Counted from the first letter of the stretch, positions 29,901-37,641 are shown. The stretch is 64,000 nt of DNA from a virus (IMGVR_UViG_3300021399_000158:2920-66919); one strand, 5' to 3'. Numbers and translations: made by a program. The notes: generated by a model not told the origin, from the letters alone.

Positions 29901-30200
29901 CTAAAGACTGGCATAGACCAACTTACAATACATGAAGACGGATCTATTGTAAAAGACGGATATAGCGCAAAAAAAACAATAACATTAACTGCTTCTGCTT
30001 GGTCCTCAAACACCCAGACAGTATCAGTAGCAGGCGTAAAAGCCACCAATACAGTCCTCGTAACCCCAGCTCCAGCAAGTGTAAAAGACTGGGATGCAGC
30101 GTATGTTATCTGCACAGCGCAGGGCGCAAACTCACTCACCTTCACATGCGACACAGTCCCGGAGAATGATATTTCCGTTAATGTAGTAATTCTCGGCTAA
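26946..30200 (+). CDS. Tail fibre with YadA/Hia head-like (SHAEG) beta-roll repeats
   Basis: 36 H[AS I]EG repeats of about 14 aa (hand count), neck motif YVEIVGNG...RSNARTLDWSGN...DVATKQYVDE. Confidence 0.8.
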   Translation: MSKEVRMLNEISKALGGAEHVQRKDILEEIAGLSDSLGPEQHILPPSQVDPETGLPTVEDPEEGAFYLVPSGEEEPNLYNEYIWTGDGWELFGSGGGGKVDTDRVVEITTEDFIDSADENGNIKELDVLATAIRRKWSNNTLGVTADGIYCILSPTSRVIEPLKIRMLDSSNVRRDLLDSSAQETILAFVYVYFMGQYVTAPMGVAWTRVFDIYSSAIFSGVNRDYDTSKYSSYIINWEYESRNYKVLPIVCNGTADVRLVGKLKNIDDRGTGVVEGNIVSNAASGEYAHAEGNNTKASGDDSHAEGIDVKASGNYSHAEGGLTTASSDYSHAEGNQSTASGSCSHAEGTATIAYGRLSHAEGNSTKAYGEASHAEGYGGVTGEDGNSGTGFYAHAEGYQTTASANRSHAEGYKTIASSDSSHSEGYQTTASGAYAHAEGNNTRASRDSSHSEGYNTTASGKYSHAEGNDATASGESSHAEGGATASGKYSHAEGNDATASGINSHAEGYNTKAQGDYSHAEGNNATASGKYSHAEGWGKTYGEASHAEGLGVTGVSDNPDKGGYSHAEGYTTKAQGNYSHAEGRETKAIGEESHAEGGLTTASGLRSHSEGFSTTASGDYSHAEGDQSTASGDDSHAEGRGTNASGIQSHAEGAKVSDTDIQYKGETTTLAPAVAAGAHSHIEGQDTRTETTASNAHAEGYRTYAKNANAHAEGSTTTASGESSHAEGFFTKASGDSSHAEGVTTTASGNNSHAEGSSTEASGAKSHAEGFGTIASGEDSHAEGHAPRASGDSSHAEGSSTTASGYNSHAEGNHTIANHKSQHVHGEYNISDPSTAEATERGNYVEIVGNGTADNARSNARTLDWSGNERLAGKLTVGADPTEDMDVATKQYVDENAGGGGQLPLIKVTPHYGPTSYYEIDWTYEQLTDYFSSLDDPTFISCLVWVTAGPENYSIGEILRNVNMSDNTTTFVIRYIEGATMLWPLKTGIDQLTIHEDGSIVKDGYSAKKTITLTASAWSSNTQTVSVAGVKATNTVLVTPAPASVKDWDAAYVICTAQGANSLTFTCDTVPENDISVNVVILG
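27790..29420 (+). repeat. Imperfect 42-bp coding tandem repeats
   Basis: Recurrent tctcacgcagaagg units; near-identical blocks starting about 28317 and 28397. Confidence 0.85.
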
Positions 30201-30212
30201 AGGAGGCTCATT

Positions 30213-30977
30213 ATGATTCTTAATATGCATAGAAGGCCTCCGGTGAAAGACCCTATGAGTTGGGCGTATGCTTCTGACGAGCAGATCGTCGCTATGGTCG
30301 AGGCTGCCGATAGAGGTGAGATTGACCTGGCCGATTATTGGAATGTTGGGGATGAACGCGTTGTGCATTTATCTGCTATGACAGCAACAGGCGATATGGA
30401 AACACACGCGGAACAAGACGTTGTTTTTGTACTTATGCATTCTGGCGGAAAAACTCTTAATAAAGCTGTAGCATCAGGTAGAACGGAATGTTCGTTTATT
30501 GTTGGACAAAAGGATTCTCTTAACGAAAGAGGCTATATGAATTCATCGAATACAAATTCTGGAGGATGGGAGGCTAGCGCAAGAAGAGGTTGGTGCAACA
30601 ATATATATTATAATTCAATTCCATCTTCAATTAGGAGTATTTTCAAGCAAGTTAAAAATAAGACAGCTGGAGGAGGCCGCAGTACAACCAGTGCTATCGA
30701 ATCCGTTGATTATTTTGCATTACCTGCTGAGTATGAAATATGTGGATCGTATAGCTACTCAAGTACTCAGTACGAGAATGAATTGTTCCAGTTTGATTAT
30801 TATAAAACAAAATCTAACAGGTCGAAAAAGGTTGATGATTCGGCGACCGTTTGGTGGTCTAGATCTCCAGACCATTCTGGTGCTTCTTCTTTTGTTTCTA
30901 TAACAGCTGGCGGCATGGCTAGTAATATGACTTCTACTAGGAATAGCTGCGGCATCTCTCCCTTTGGTTGCATCTAA
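30213..30977 (+). CDS. DUF6273-like / C-type lectin-fold receptor-binding-type protein
   Basis: LADYWNVGDER, GYMNSSNTNSGGWEAS, C-terminal WWSRSP...F...G......GISPFGCI pattern. Confidence 0.55.
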   Translation: MILNMHRRPPVKDPMSWAYASDEQIVAMVEAADRGEIDLADYWNVGDERVVHLSAMTATGDMETHAEQDVVFVLMHSGGKTLNKAVASGRTECSFIVGQKDSLNERGYMNSSNTNSGGWEASARRGWCNNIYYNSIPSSIRSIFKQVKNKTAGGGRSTTSAIESVDYFALPAEYEICGSYSYSSTQYENELFQFDYYKTKSNRSKKVDDSATVWWSRSPDHSGASSFVSITAGGMASNMTSTRNSCGISPFGCI

Positions 30978-30997
30978 GATAAAGGAGGTCCTAAAAA

Positions 30998-31351
30998 TTG
31001 AAATACTTAATCCAACACAAAAAAGAATTCGCTATATCAGTGGCCGCCTTTATCATGGCGGTCATTAATCTTTATAAGGCAATCAGATCCCATGATATTT
31101 CTGAGGATCTGATCGTGGCTGTTCTGGTCACTGCTACAACGGTCCTGGCATGGTATTACAACATGCCAACTTCCGAAGAGAACACCAAGCATACAGGTCT
31201 TATGAGGCTGGAAAAGGCTTCTAAGAAAGACGGTTATATCGGAGAGAACTTCTTCGATGATATGGATGATGAGGAAGAGGACGATGACTTCTTTGAGCAG
31301 TGTGAGGAGCAGCCCGAGGATGCTAACGACAAGGAAGTGATCGACGAATGA
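30998..31351 (+). CDS. Holin-like membrane protein
   Basis: Two hydrophobic segments and an acidic tail, immediately upstream of endolysin; TTG start. Confidence 0.55.
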   Translation: MKYLIQHKKEFAISVAAFIMAVINLYKAIRSHDISEDLIVAVLVTATTVLAWYYNMPTSEENTKHTGLMRLEKASKKDGYIGENFFDDMDDEEEDDDFFEQCEEQPEDANDKEVIDE

Positions 31352-32388
31352 GTTACAAGACATATAAACAGTACGACAGCCGGTGGGGGAGTAAGAACTA
31401 TAACGGCTCCTCCACCATGGCTGCAGCCGGATGCGGTCCGACAGCCTGTGCTACGATCATTTCCAACCACGATCCGAGAGTCACTCCTCTGAAAACAATG
31501 AAATACATGCAGGAGCACGGCTATGCTATACGCAATAACGGTACAGCATGGGCTGGCATTCCTGCCTGTATGAAGTGGGGCGGACTGAATGAGGTCAAAG
31601 AGATCAAGACAATGCCTGATCTCTGGTCCTATATGAAAAAGAAACACTCCTGCGGAATCATCCGATTTGAAGCTGGAACGGTTGGCGGGGTCACATGGAC
31701 AACAGCTGGCCACTTTGTAGCCTTTACTGCTATGAAGATCAAAGACGGCAAGCATTATCTCTGGACTCGTGATCCTGGCGGCAGAAACCACGATGGATGG
31801 TATTGCTACGAAACTCAGATGATCGGACTCGTAGGAAACGTTTGGGTCGGCATATCCAATCCGCCTAAGACAAAGCGGGAAAAGAAGCTTGAGCGTATCG
31901 AGGAAGTTGCGATCAAATGCTCATGGCCTAAGGGTACCACAAGGAGCAAGATGGGATATCCTGAGGGTCACGCTAAGAAAGCGTACAAGCAGGCCCTGAA
32001 CAAGGCATATCCTAACAGATCCGGCTGGCGCGATCAGACACACGACGGAGCATCCTGCGATGTGGCGGTTGGAACATTTGTACGTGCATCCGGAGTAGAC
32101 AAGCGGTTCCCACGGGGCTGCGATGATATTCCGGATTACATGGAGTCTAAGCACGGCAAAGAGAAGTGGATGAATCTTAAGACTCATAAGATGAAAAAGA
32201 TCCCTGACGGTGCAATTATATTTCAGATCTATGACTCTGGAGCTAAGCACGTCATGGTTAAAGTAAGAGGCAGATTTGTTGCCAATGCACACTACTGCAA
32301 AAAGACATTCCCTGTTATTGAGAGCTATAAGAAGATCGTAAAGAGTAAGTCCGCCTGCAGAGTATTTAAGGTTTATGTACCTAGATAG
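31348..32388 (+). CDS. Endolysin: peptidase C39-like domain plus second CHAP/NlpC-like domain
   Basis: YKQYDSRW...GCGPTACA...GHFVAF; second Cys/His pair ASCDVAVG...KHVMV. Confidence 0.75.
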   Translation: MSYKTYKQYDSRWGSKNYNGSSTMAAAGCGPTACATIISNHDPRVTPLKTMKYMQEHGYAIRNNGTAWAGIPACMKWGGLNEVKEIKTMPDLWSYMKKKHSCGIIRFEAGTVGGVTWTTAGHFVAFTAMKIKDGKHYLWTRDPGGRNHDGWYCYETQMIGLVGNVWVGISNPPKTKREKKLERIEEVAIKCSWPKGTTRSKMGYPEGHAKKAYKQALNKAYPNRSGWRDQTHDGASCDVAVGTFVRASGVDKRFPRGCDDIPDYMESKHGKEKWMNLKTHKMKKIPDGAIIFQIYDSGAKHVMVKVRGRFVANAHYCKKTFPVIESYKKIVKSKSACRVFKVYVPR

Positions 32389-32396
32389 GAGGTATT

Positions 32397-32708
32397 ATGG
32401 GACTTCAGGACACACTTATAGTAGCTGTTATCGGGGTGTTCGCGGCGGCATTTGGCGGTAGCGGATTCTGGACATGGCTCAGCACCATTTCTCGCAAGAT
32501 GACGCCGTTCGAACGACTTACCATGGCATACGCACGTGACCGGCTTAACTATCTGTCCAAACGGCACATCCACAACGGTTATATTCCAGACGACGAGTAC
32601 GAGTCTTTTAAAGAAATGGGAGAAGCGTACATCGACGCCAAGGGTAACAGCCGTGTAAAGAAGTTGTTTGAGGACGCTATGAAACTGCCGGTCAAGTATG
32701 ATGATTAG
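32397..32708 (+). CDS. Single-TM holin-like protein
   Basis: N-terminal TM (LIVAVIGVFAAAFGGSGFWTW), then RLNYLSKRHIHNGYI...Y...KGN; follows endolysin. Confidence 0.55.
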   Translation: MGLQDTLIVAVIGVFAAAFGGSGFWTWLSTISRKMTPFERLTMAYARDRLNYLSKRHIHNGYIPDDEYESFKEMGEAYIDAKGNSRVKKLFEDAMKLPVKYDD

Positions 32709-32758
32709 TTATATTCTTAAAAGCTTTTAAAAAGGCTAAGAAGAAAGAGAGGAATTTT

Positions 32759-33316
32759 ATGAGTACTGTTTATTTTGAAGGAAACGTCGAAACGCAAGAA
32801 CAGTCCGGTGTATATGGTTCAGGTATTCTTAAGGAATTTGACACCTTCGAAAGCGAAAAATTATCTATAACTTTTAATGGCACAAAGTATGCTTTGGATG
32901 GCAAAGCCTACGGAAGCGGCACATATAAATCATATATGTATGGGGGAGCCGGAGAAACTGGTCCGTCATTCGACAATTATCCGTTCGTTTGTGTATTTGG
33001 TTTGAATTCGAATAGTAAATTTAATTTATATTTATACACTTCAGAACCAGGAACACATTCCCTGAAAATCGAAAGCTACGAAGAAGGATCCGATACCGAA
33101 CCGTCAACCTATGAACCGACCCTCCGAGTAAAAGATGCAATGACTCATTATGTCAGCACACTTGACGGTGTCGACGAGCCAGCTGCAACGATCAAGAAGC
33201 TCACCAAGCAGGTCCTGGATCCGGATGGTAATAACGAGGCTATCCAGAAAGCGAGAACTATCGCTCAGATCTGGGAGCAGGCTGCGATTGAGAGAGGGTA
33301 TACTCCGGACAACTAA
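32759..33316 (+). CDS. Hypothetical protein
   Basis: 185-aa ORF with GAGAGGA RBS. Confidence 0.6.
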   Translation: MSTVYFEGNVETQEQSGVYGSGILKEFDTFESEKLSITFNGTKYALDGKAYGSGTYKSYMYGGAGETGPSFDNYPFVCVFGLNSNSKFNLYLYTSEPGTHSLKIESYEEGSDTEPSTYEPTLRVKDAMTHYVSTLDGVDEPAATIKKLTKQVLDPDGNNEAIQKARTIAQIWEQAAIERGYTPDN

Positions 33317-33370
33317 ACCCATATATTCCCTTTAAAGTAGAAATTATCCTTTAAATCAACTCCAGGTTGT

Positions 33371-33475
33371 GCTATACTGTCGACGAGGTATTCTGCCTCC
33401 AATCGTAACAAATACCGAATCTCTATCCTCCGATGCTAGATAAACGTTTCTCTTTAATCTCGTCGGCAGTATAGT
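33371..33475 (+). ncRNA. Structured intergenic RNA candidate
   Basis: 17-bp closing stem 33371-33387/33459-33475 with two G-U pairs on + strand; inner GGTATT/AATACC stem. Confidence 0.5.
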
Positions 33476-33597
33476 ATTTTTCAGGAGTTCTATAAGACCC
33501 CTCTTATTTTGGGCTGATTCAACTCTTCCCAAAATTATGATTCAGGGTAAAATAGAGCTCCAACCCCCTTGATAGGGGAGAAAGGAGTTGTTTTGCC

Positions 33598-33939
33598 ATG
33601 TGTAAGCAGATAGCAATTGTGACAGCAGAAACAGCTGAGAAGTTCCAGGAAGCCTTTAATTCCAAGCTTCGTGAGCTGGAGCATCTTGATCCTGAGATCG
33701 AATTCAATCATGGATTAGGGTTCTGCGCCTACATCATCTATTCCGATAATAATGACTTTTCCGGAAGAGTTGAGCGCCCAGTTAACGTAACCATTTGTGA
33801 CTCGTGTTTGAGGCGGGTAGAGGCACCTCGTCCGCACGTCAAATGGCGTAAGTGCGAACTCTATGGTGCGGTCACTATGAAGGATTGTAAGTGCGAGGAT
33901 TATATTCCAGGGGGTGATCTTCTTGAGTACGAGAATTGA
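33598..33939 (+). CDS. Hypothetical protein with C-terminal Cys cluster (possible Zn finger)
   Basis: GAAAGGAG RBS; CxxC...C...CxC. Confidence 0.55.
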   Translation: MCKQIAIVTAETAEKFQEAFNSKLRELEHLDPEIEFNHGLGFCAYIIYSDNNDFSGRVERPVNVTICDSCLRRVEAPRPHVKWRKCELYGAVTMKDCKCEDYIPGGDLLEYEN

Positions 33940-34258
33940 CGACCTCAAGGAATGGTGTTTGCGCTACCAAGAATGGAAGGATATTTGCGAGAACTTAAAG
34001 TTAAGTAAAGGAATAGGTAGAGTCGGGACAACTCAGGAGTGGCATGATTATACATACGACTCTGCCTATATTCGTGAGCACTTAGCATGGCGGGTGGAGG
34101 TTATTGAAGACTGCTGCGATCGTACGGACGTAGCTAAGGCTAGTGATATTTTGCTGGCTGTTACTGAGGACATACCTCCTGCGATGTTGGGAGTGTCAGA
34201 TGAGATGTACGGAAGATTCTTTGATGTGCTTAAGGAAGAACTATGGAATTATATTTGA
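33923..34258 (+). CDS. Putative transcriptional regulator (RinA/ArpU-like)
   Basis: LKEWCLRYQEW...ILLAVTE...YGRFF pattern; weak family recall. Confidence 0.35.
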   Translation: MSTRIDDLKEWCLRYQEWKDICENLKLSKGIGRVGTTQEWHDYTYDSAYIREHLAWRVEVIEDCCDRTDVAKASDILLAVTEDIPPAMLGVSDEMYGRFFDVLKEELWNYI

Positions 34259-34932
34259 AACACTATGGCGTTAAAGGCATGAAGTGGGGCGTTAGGCATG
34301 ACAAGCGCCCAACTGGAAAAAGACGTCCGCGTAAAAACCCAAATGATATTCGTCTTAAAAAAGGCCATAAGATTTATAGAATAGCAAATGCTGGCGAGAC
34401 TCTCGATTCAAAGAGAAAATATGTAACTATAAGCGGCAAAGATAGTCTTGTATACACTGGCGAATTGCTTGGGGGCCTTCCGTATGATCCACGTAAGGAA
34501 GTCGGGCAATATACTTATGAATCGATGAAAGATATTACCATTAAAAATGGTAAAGATATTGTGCTCGATTTGATGGATAAGTACGGAGGCCAAACATTAA
34601 GAAAAGATTTAGATATTGAACTTGAAGTACGTAACAAATTCAAAGATTCAGACGAACGACGTAGTTTTAGAGATGAATGGTTTACTTTTGACGATGACGA
34701 TATTGTGGATCTTGGAATGCAATATGAAAGCTCGCATGACAAACTAAAAGACTTTGTTTGGGACGTAGTAGAGAAGAACGAGGATACGATTCTTAAGGAC
34801 TACAAAAGACAGGGCTATGATGCGATTATAGACCCATACGATTACATAGCCGATATCGCTGACCAGCCAGTGATTATATTAGATCCTAAATCATCGTTAA
34901 AGAAGAAAGACTATTACAAGATATGGACTTGA
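34243..34932 (+). CDS. HYGVKGMKWG-tagged protein with ADP-ribosyltransferase-like domain
   Basis: LYLKHYGVKGMKWGVRH tag; KIYR...YVT...GYDAIID...PVIILD pattern. Confidence 0.5.
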   Translation: MELYLKHYGVKGMKWGVRHDKRPTGKRRPRKNPNDIRLKKGHKIYRIANAGETLDSKRKYVTISGKDSLVYTGELLGGLPYDPRKEVGQYTYESMKDITIKNGKDIVLDLMDKYGGQTLRKDLDIELEVRNKFKDSDERRSFRDEWFTFDDDDIVDLGMQYESSHDKLKDFVWDVVEKNEDTILKDYKRQGYDAIIDPYDYIADIADQPVIILDPKSSLKKKDYYKIWT

Positions 34933-34934
34933 TG

Positions 34935-34952
34935 GGGCGATTTTTTTCGCCC
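34935..34952 (+). terminator. Hairpin after the tagged ART-like gene
   Basis: GGGCGA-TTTTTT-TCGCCC. Confidence 0.45.
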
Positions 34953-34988
34953 TACAAATCCTATATTTTTTCTAGGTTAAGCCATGTT

Positions 34989-35013
34989 TCGTAAGTATTA
35001 CACCCCTTATAGT
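34989..35013 (+). promoter_or_regulatory. TCGTAA-N13-TATAGT promoter motif 1
   Basis: One of 10 copies with identical 13-nt spacing. Confidence 0.8.
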
Positions 35014-35028
35014 AGGAGGTATAAGAAA

Positions 35029-35301
35029 ATGAAAAGACAAGATTTTATTAACAAATGCGACGAAGTTCAAAAGTATTGGGGCAATAAAATGCCGATGATG
35101 CTTATGGAAGAATCAGGAGAATTAATTCAGGCTATATCGAAGTATGAGCGCGATAAGAACGCAAATACTAGACAAAACCTGATTGATGAAATCGGAGACA
35201 TGTACATAAGTTTGATGGCAATACAGCTTCAATACGAAACTGATATTTCGCCCGAAGAAGTTGAAAAAAGGATTGAAAAGAAACTAAACAAGAAATACTA
35301 A
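35029..35301 (+). CDS. MazG-like nucleotide pyrophosphohydrolase
   Basis: EExxEL (MEESGELIQAISK) and EIGD (IDEIGDMY) motifs; start at ATG 35029 after AGGAGG. Confidence 0.8.
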   Translation: MKRQDFINKCDEVQKYWGNKMPMMLMEESGELIQAISKYERDKNANTRQNLIDEIGDMYISLMAIQLQYETDISPEEVEKRIEKKLNKKY

Positions 35302-35312
35302 CTAAAAAGTAG

Positions 35313-35338
35313 GCACTCAAACGAGTGCTTTCTTTTTT
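35313..35338 (+). terminator. Intrinsic terminator
   Basis: GCACTC-AAAC-GAGTGC plus T tract. Confidence 0.75.
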
Positions 35339-35339
35339 C

Positions 35340-35364
35340 TCGTAACTATTACAACTCCTATTAT
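35340..35364 (+). promoter_or_regulatory. TCGTAA-N13-TATTAT promoter motif 2
   Basis: Abuts upstream terminator. Confidence 0.8.
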
Positions 35365-35400
35365 AGCAAGATATTACCATATTTGGAAAGGAGAGGTACT

Positions 35401-35562
35401 ATGCTGCAGACCATTATACTATTAGCCATAGGCATTGGATTTATGGAGTTTTGTGTTTGGTATAGCGAGTATGAGGAACAACGAGAAGAATATGTAAAAT
35501 TGAGGCTAGAATTAGAAAAAATGAAGGAGTTGGATGAGTTTAGATACAAATACTTTATGTAG
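35401..35562 (+). CDS. 53-aa membrane-anchored protein (absent from ORF track)
   Basis: AAAGGAGAGG RBS; N-terminal TM followed by charged helix. Confidence 0.65.
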   Translation: MLQTIILLAIGIGFMEFCVWYSEYEEQREEYVKLRLELEKMKELDEFRYKYFM

Positions 35563-35568
35563 AGTATC

Positions 35569-35593
35569 GGGGCTTTACAGCCCCTTTATTTTT
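35569..35593 (+). terminator. Intrinsic terminator
   Basis: GGGGCT-TTAC-AGCCCC plus T tract. Confidence 0.75.
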
Positions 35594-35596
35594 GCC

Positions 35597-35621
35597 TCGT
35601 AAAAATTACAACCCCTATAAC
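35597..35621 (+). promoter_or_regulatory. TCGTAA-N13-TATAAC promoter motif 3
   Basis: Followed by a gene-less structured segment. Confidence 0.8.
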
Positions 35622-35709
35622 GAAAGGAAGTGGTGTAACGCGAATGTAGTTGCTTAAGTGCAACCGCCGTTGTAGGACTTCGTCGGTCCCTACAACCCTT
35701 TTATTTTTT
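35622..35709 (+). ncRNA. Small RNA candidate (two hairpins, tRNA-like traits)
   Basis: Between promoter motifs 3 and 4; GTTGC/GCAAC and GTTGTAGG/CCTACAAC stems, then T tract; no credible ORF. Confidence 0.55.
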
Positions 35710-35710
35710 C

Positions 35711-35735
35711 TCGTAAAAAATACACCTCCTATAAT
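35711..35735 (+). promoter_or_regulatory. TCGTAA-N13-TATAAT promoter motif 4
   Basis: Motif match. Confidence 0.8.
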
Positions 35736-35772
35736 GAAACGGAACCAAGTATATTTTACAAGGAGGAACATT

Positions 35773-36051
35773 ATGAATAAATTCAATATTACACCGAAAG
35801 ACATAGTTAAAGCTGGAACATGCATTACAGTTGGAGCTGGAACAAGAACGCTAGTAAGAACAATAGCAACATCTATGATTCCGCCGGAATTGAGTATGAC
35901 AACAAATTTACTCTGCCGGATAGGAGTCAAAGGAGTATCTAATCTTGCTGGCGGGGCAGCAGTAAAAGCGACAAGAGAAACATGGGACAGTGTCGAATTG
36001 TTAGTCGATATTTCTAAAAGAATGATTCACGATGCACAAATGGAGGACTAG
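35773..36051 (+). CDS. Hypothetical protein, hydrophobic Gly-rich
   Basis: AAGGAGG RBS; start reassigned to ATG 35773. Confidence 0.65.
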   Translation: MNKFNITPKDIVKAGTCITVGAGTRTLVRTIATSMIPPELSMTTNLLCRIGVKGVSNLAGGAAVKATRETWDSVELLVDISKRMIHDAQMED

Positions 36052-36071
36052 TTCCGTTTCACTATAGAAGG

Positions 36072-36101
36072 CAGGTTGCAAACGCAGCCTGTTTTCTTTT
36101 T
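36072..36101 (+). terminator. Intrinsic terminator
   Basis: CAGGTTGC-AAAC-GCAGCCTG plus T tract. Confidence 0.75.
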
Positions 36102-36104
36102 GCC

Positions 36105-36129
36105 TCGTAAAAATTGCAAACGCTATTAT
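36105..36129 (+). promoter_or_regulatory. TCGTAA-N13-TATTAT promoter motif 5
   Basis: Motif match. Confidence 0.8.
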
Positions 36130-36163
36130 AGCAAGGAACTCATATTTTATAAGGAGGCAAATT

Positions 36164-36505
36164 ATGAGAAAGAATAGAACACATTTAAAGGTTAAAGTTA
36201 TCGAAGGAACCCTGGCAGTTGGAGTTTTCACAGGATCGGTATGCGTAGGAATCCTTATGCAAAGCCGCGTTTCATCGTTAAAGATGGCGCCTTTCTTAAA
36301 GGATATTCTTGGCAGAGCTTGTATCGCTGGAGGAATCGAACTGGGGTTAGATTTGGCAGGCAAGGCAGTTGAATGGTTCAGAGAAACAGACATATATTTG
36401 AATGCGAAAAGAGAAGAGGAGTTCTTTGCGAAGGCGGAAGCGAATGGTTGGACATTAGTCAAGTGTAATTACACTGTAGAAGATTGGGAAAAAGCAGTGG
36501 CATAA
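36164..36505 (+). CDS. Hypothetical protein, possibly membrane-associated
   Basis: AAGGAGG RBS; hydrophobic segments. Confidence 0.65.
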   Translation: MRKNRTHLKVKVIEGTLAVGVFTGSVCVGILMQSRVSSLKMAPFLKDILGRACIAGGIELGLDLAGKAVEWFRETDIYLNAKREEEFFAKAEANGWTLVKCNYTVEDWEKAVA

Positions 36506-36520
36506 CACTCAAGACTAATA

Positions 36521-36545
36521 GGAAGCTACAAGCTTCCTCCTTTTT
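36521..36545 (+). terminator. Intrinsic terminator
   Basis: GGAAGCT-ACA-AGCTTCC plus T tract. Confidence 0.7.
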
Positions 36546-36569
36546 GCCTAGATTCGGAGGAGAAAACAC

Positions 36570-36764
36570 ATGATACTTACAATCGCAATTATTGCAATTT
36601 CTTTTACTTTTGGCGGGTTAAGCCATCATCTATATTTGAGAATCAGACCGCATGGGTTTATTGATGTCGAGAACAATCAGCTTAAAAAACTCGAGATCAA
36701 CATCCCATTCGACGAGATTACGAAAAAGCGTTCGTTATCTATCAAAGTTCGCTCTCGTAAATAA
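36570..36764 (+). CDS. Small membrane-anchored hypothetical protein
   Basis: GGGAGG RBS; N-terminal TM. Confidence 0.6.
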   Translation: MILTIAIIAISFTFGGLSHHLYLRIRPHGFIDVENNQLKKLEINIPFDEITKKRSLSIKVRSRK

Positions 36765-36779
36765 TACAAGCCCTATAGT
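36755..36779 (+). promoter_or_regulatory. TCGTAA-N13-TATAGT promoter motif 6
   Basis: Overlaps stop of previous gene. Confidence 0.8.
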
Positions 36780-36812
36780 AGAACTAAATTCTCTAAACGA
36801 AAGGAGATTGAC

Positions 36813-37214
36813 ATGGAAGAGAAAACATTAAGAGATAAGTTAGAGGAGATATTAGATGAGAAGCTTGAAAAACTCAGCTTAATGGAAGAAGGATCCCAAG
36901 AGCATTCGCGCTTGGCAGAGGATATTCAAAAACTGTATAACCAGTGGTTGCAGGAGGTCAAGCTCGATAGCGATTGCTATTATCAGCAGCTTAAGATCGA
37001 AAACGAGAAAGCTCGTAACGAAGCTGAAGCAGCTAATAGAGCGAAAGAAATCGAGAACGAGTCCAAAAAGCACCGCCGGATTAGATGGGACACTATCCTC
37101 ACATGCTCGGTTGTTGTAGGGTTAACTATAGGATGCTGTGTATTCGAAGCAAACGGACATATTTTCCCAACTAAACTATTGAAGTATGCTGACAAGTTAA
37201 GATTTATTGCATAG
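36813..37214 (+). CDS. Coiled-coil protein with C-terminal TM anchor
   Basis: AAAGGAG RBS; EE-rich helix, then hydrophobic C-terminus. Confidence 0.65.
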   Translation: MEEKTLRDKLEEILDEKLEKLSLMEEGSQEHSRLAEDIQKLYNQWLQEVKLDSDCYYQQLKIENEKARNEAEAANRAKEIENESKKHRRIRWDTILTCSVVVGLTIGCCVFEANGHIFPTKLLKYADKLRFIA

Positions 37215-37230
37215 AGATAAGTTCTATAAA

Positions 37231-37263
37231 GGAGGCGGCGCAAGCTGCTTCCTTTATATTTTT
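37231..37263 (+). terminator. Intrinsic terminator
   Basis: GGAGGCGGC-GCAA-GCTGCTTCC plus T-rich tail. Confidence 0.7.
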
Positions 37264-37266
37264 GCC

Positions 37267-37614
37267 ATGAGATACCATTACGAAAAACCAAGAGAATACA
37301 AAGTTACAAAGGCTAGAGTTTACAATTGCGATCACCCGCTATATTCTAAATGCACGTTGTTCGAATTTGAAGGGCGAGGACTGTCCGTCGTTCAAAGGCG
37401 ATACAACGCCAACAGCAAGGTTTGGTGGTGGTCAACTATCGATCCATGGCTGATAGATGATATTTTCCAGCATGAAGGTTTTAGTGAATTCTTTGACAAG
37501 TACGCTGGAAATTGTAAGGACGGTCTTTACCCGACAGTCACAGTACGCAAACTTATGTGGGCGCTTCGTATGCGACCATTGAAGAAAGAGTATTGGGAAA
37601 AAGATATTTTCTGA
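37267..37614 (+). CDS. Hypothetical protein
   Basis: MRYHYEKP...CDHPLYSKCTLF; weak RBS. Confidence 0.55.
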   Translation: MRYHYEKPREYKVTKARVYNCDHPLYSKCTLFEFEGRGLSVVQRRYNANSKVWWWSTIDPWLIDDIFQHEGFSEFFDKYAGNCKDGLYPTVTVRKLMWALRMRPLKKEYWEKDIF

Positions 37615-37616
37615 TC

Positions 37617-37641
37617 TCGTAAAAATTACAACTCCTATAAT
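37617..37641 (+). promoter_or_regulatory. TCGTAA-N13-TATAAT promoter motif 7
   Basis: Motif match. Confidence 0.8.

Noticed and set aside
30213-30977. Complete diversity-generating retroelement
   Set aside because: No reverse transcriptase motif (YxDD context) or template repeat found in the window
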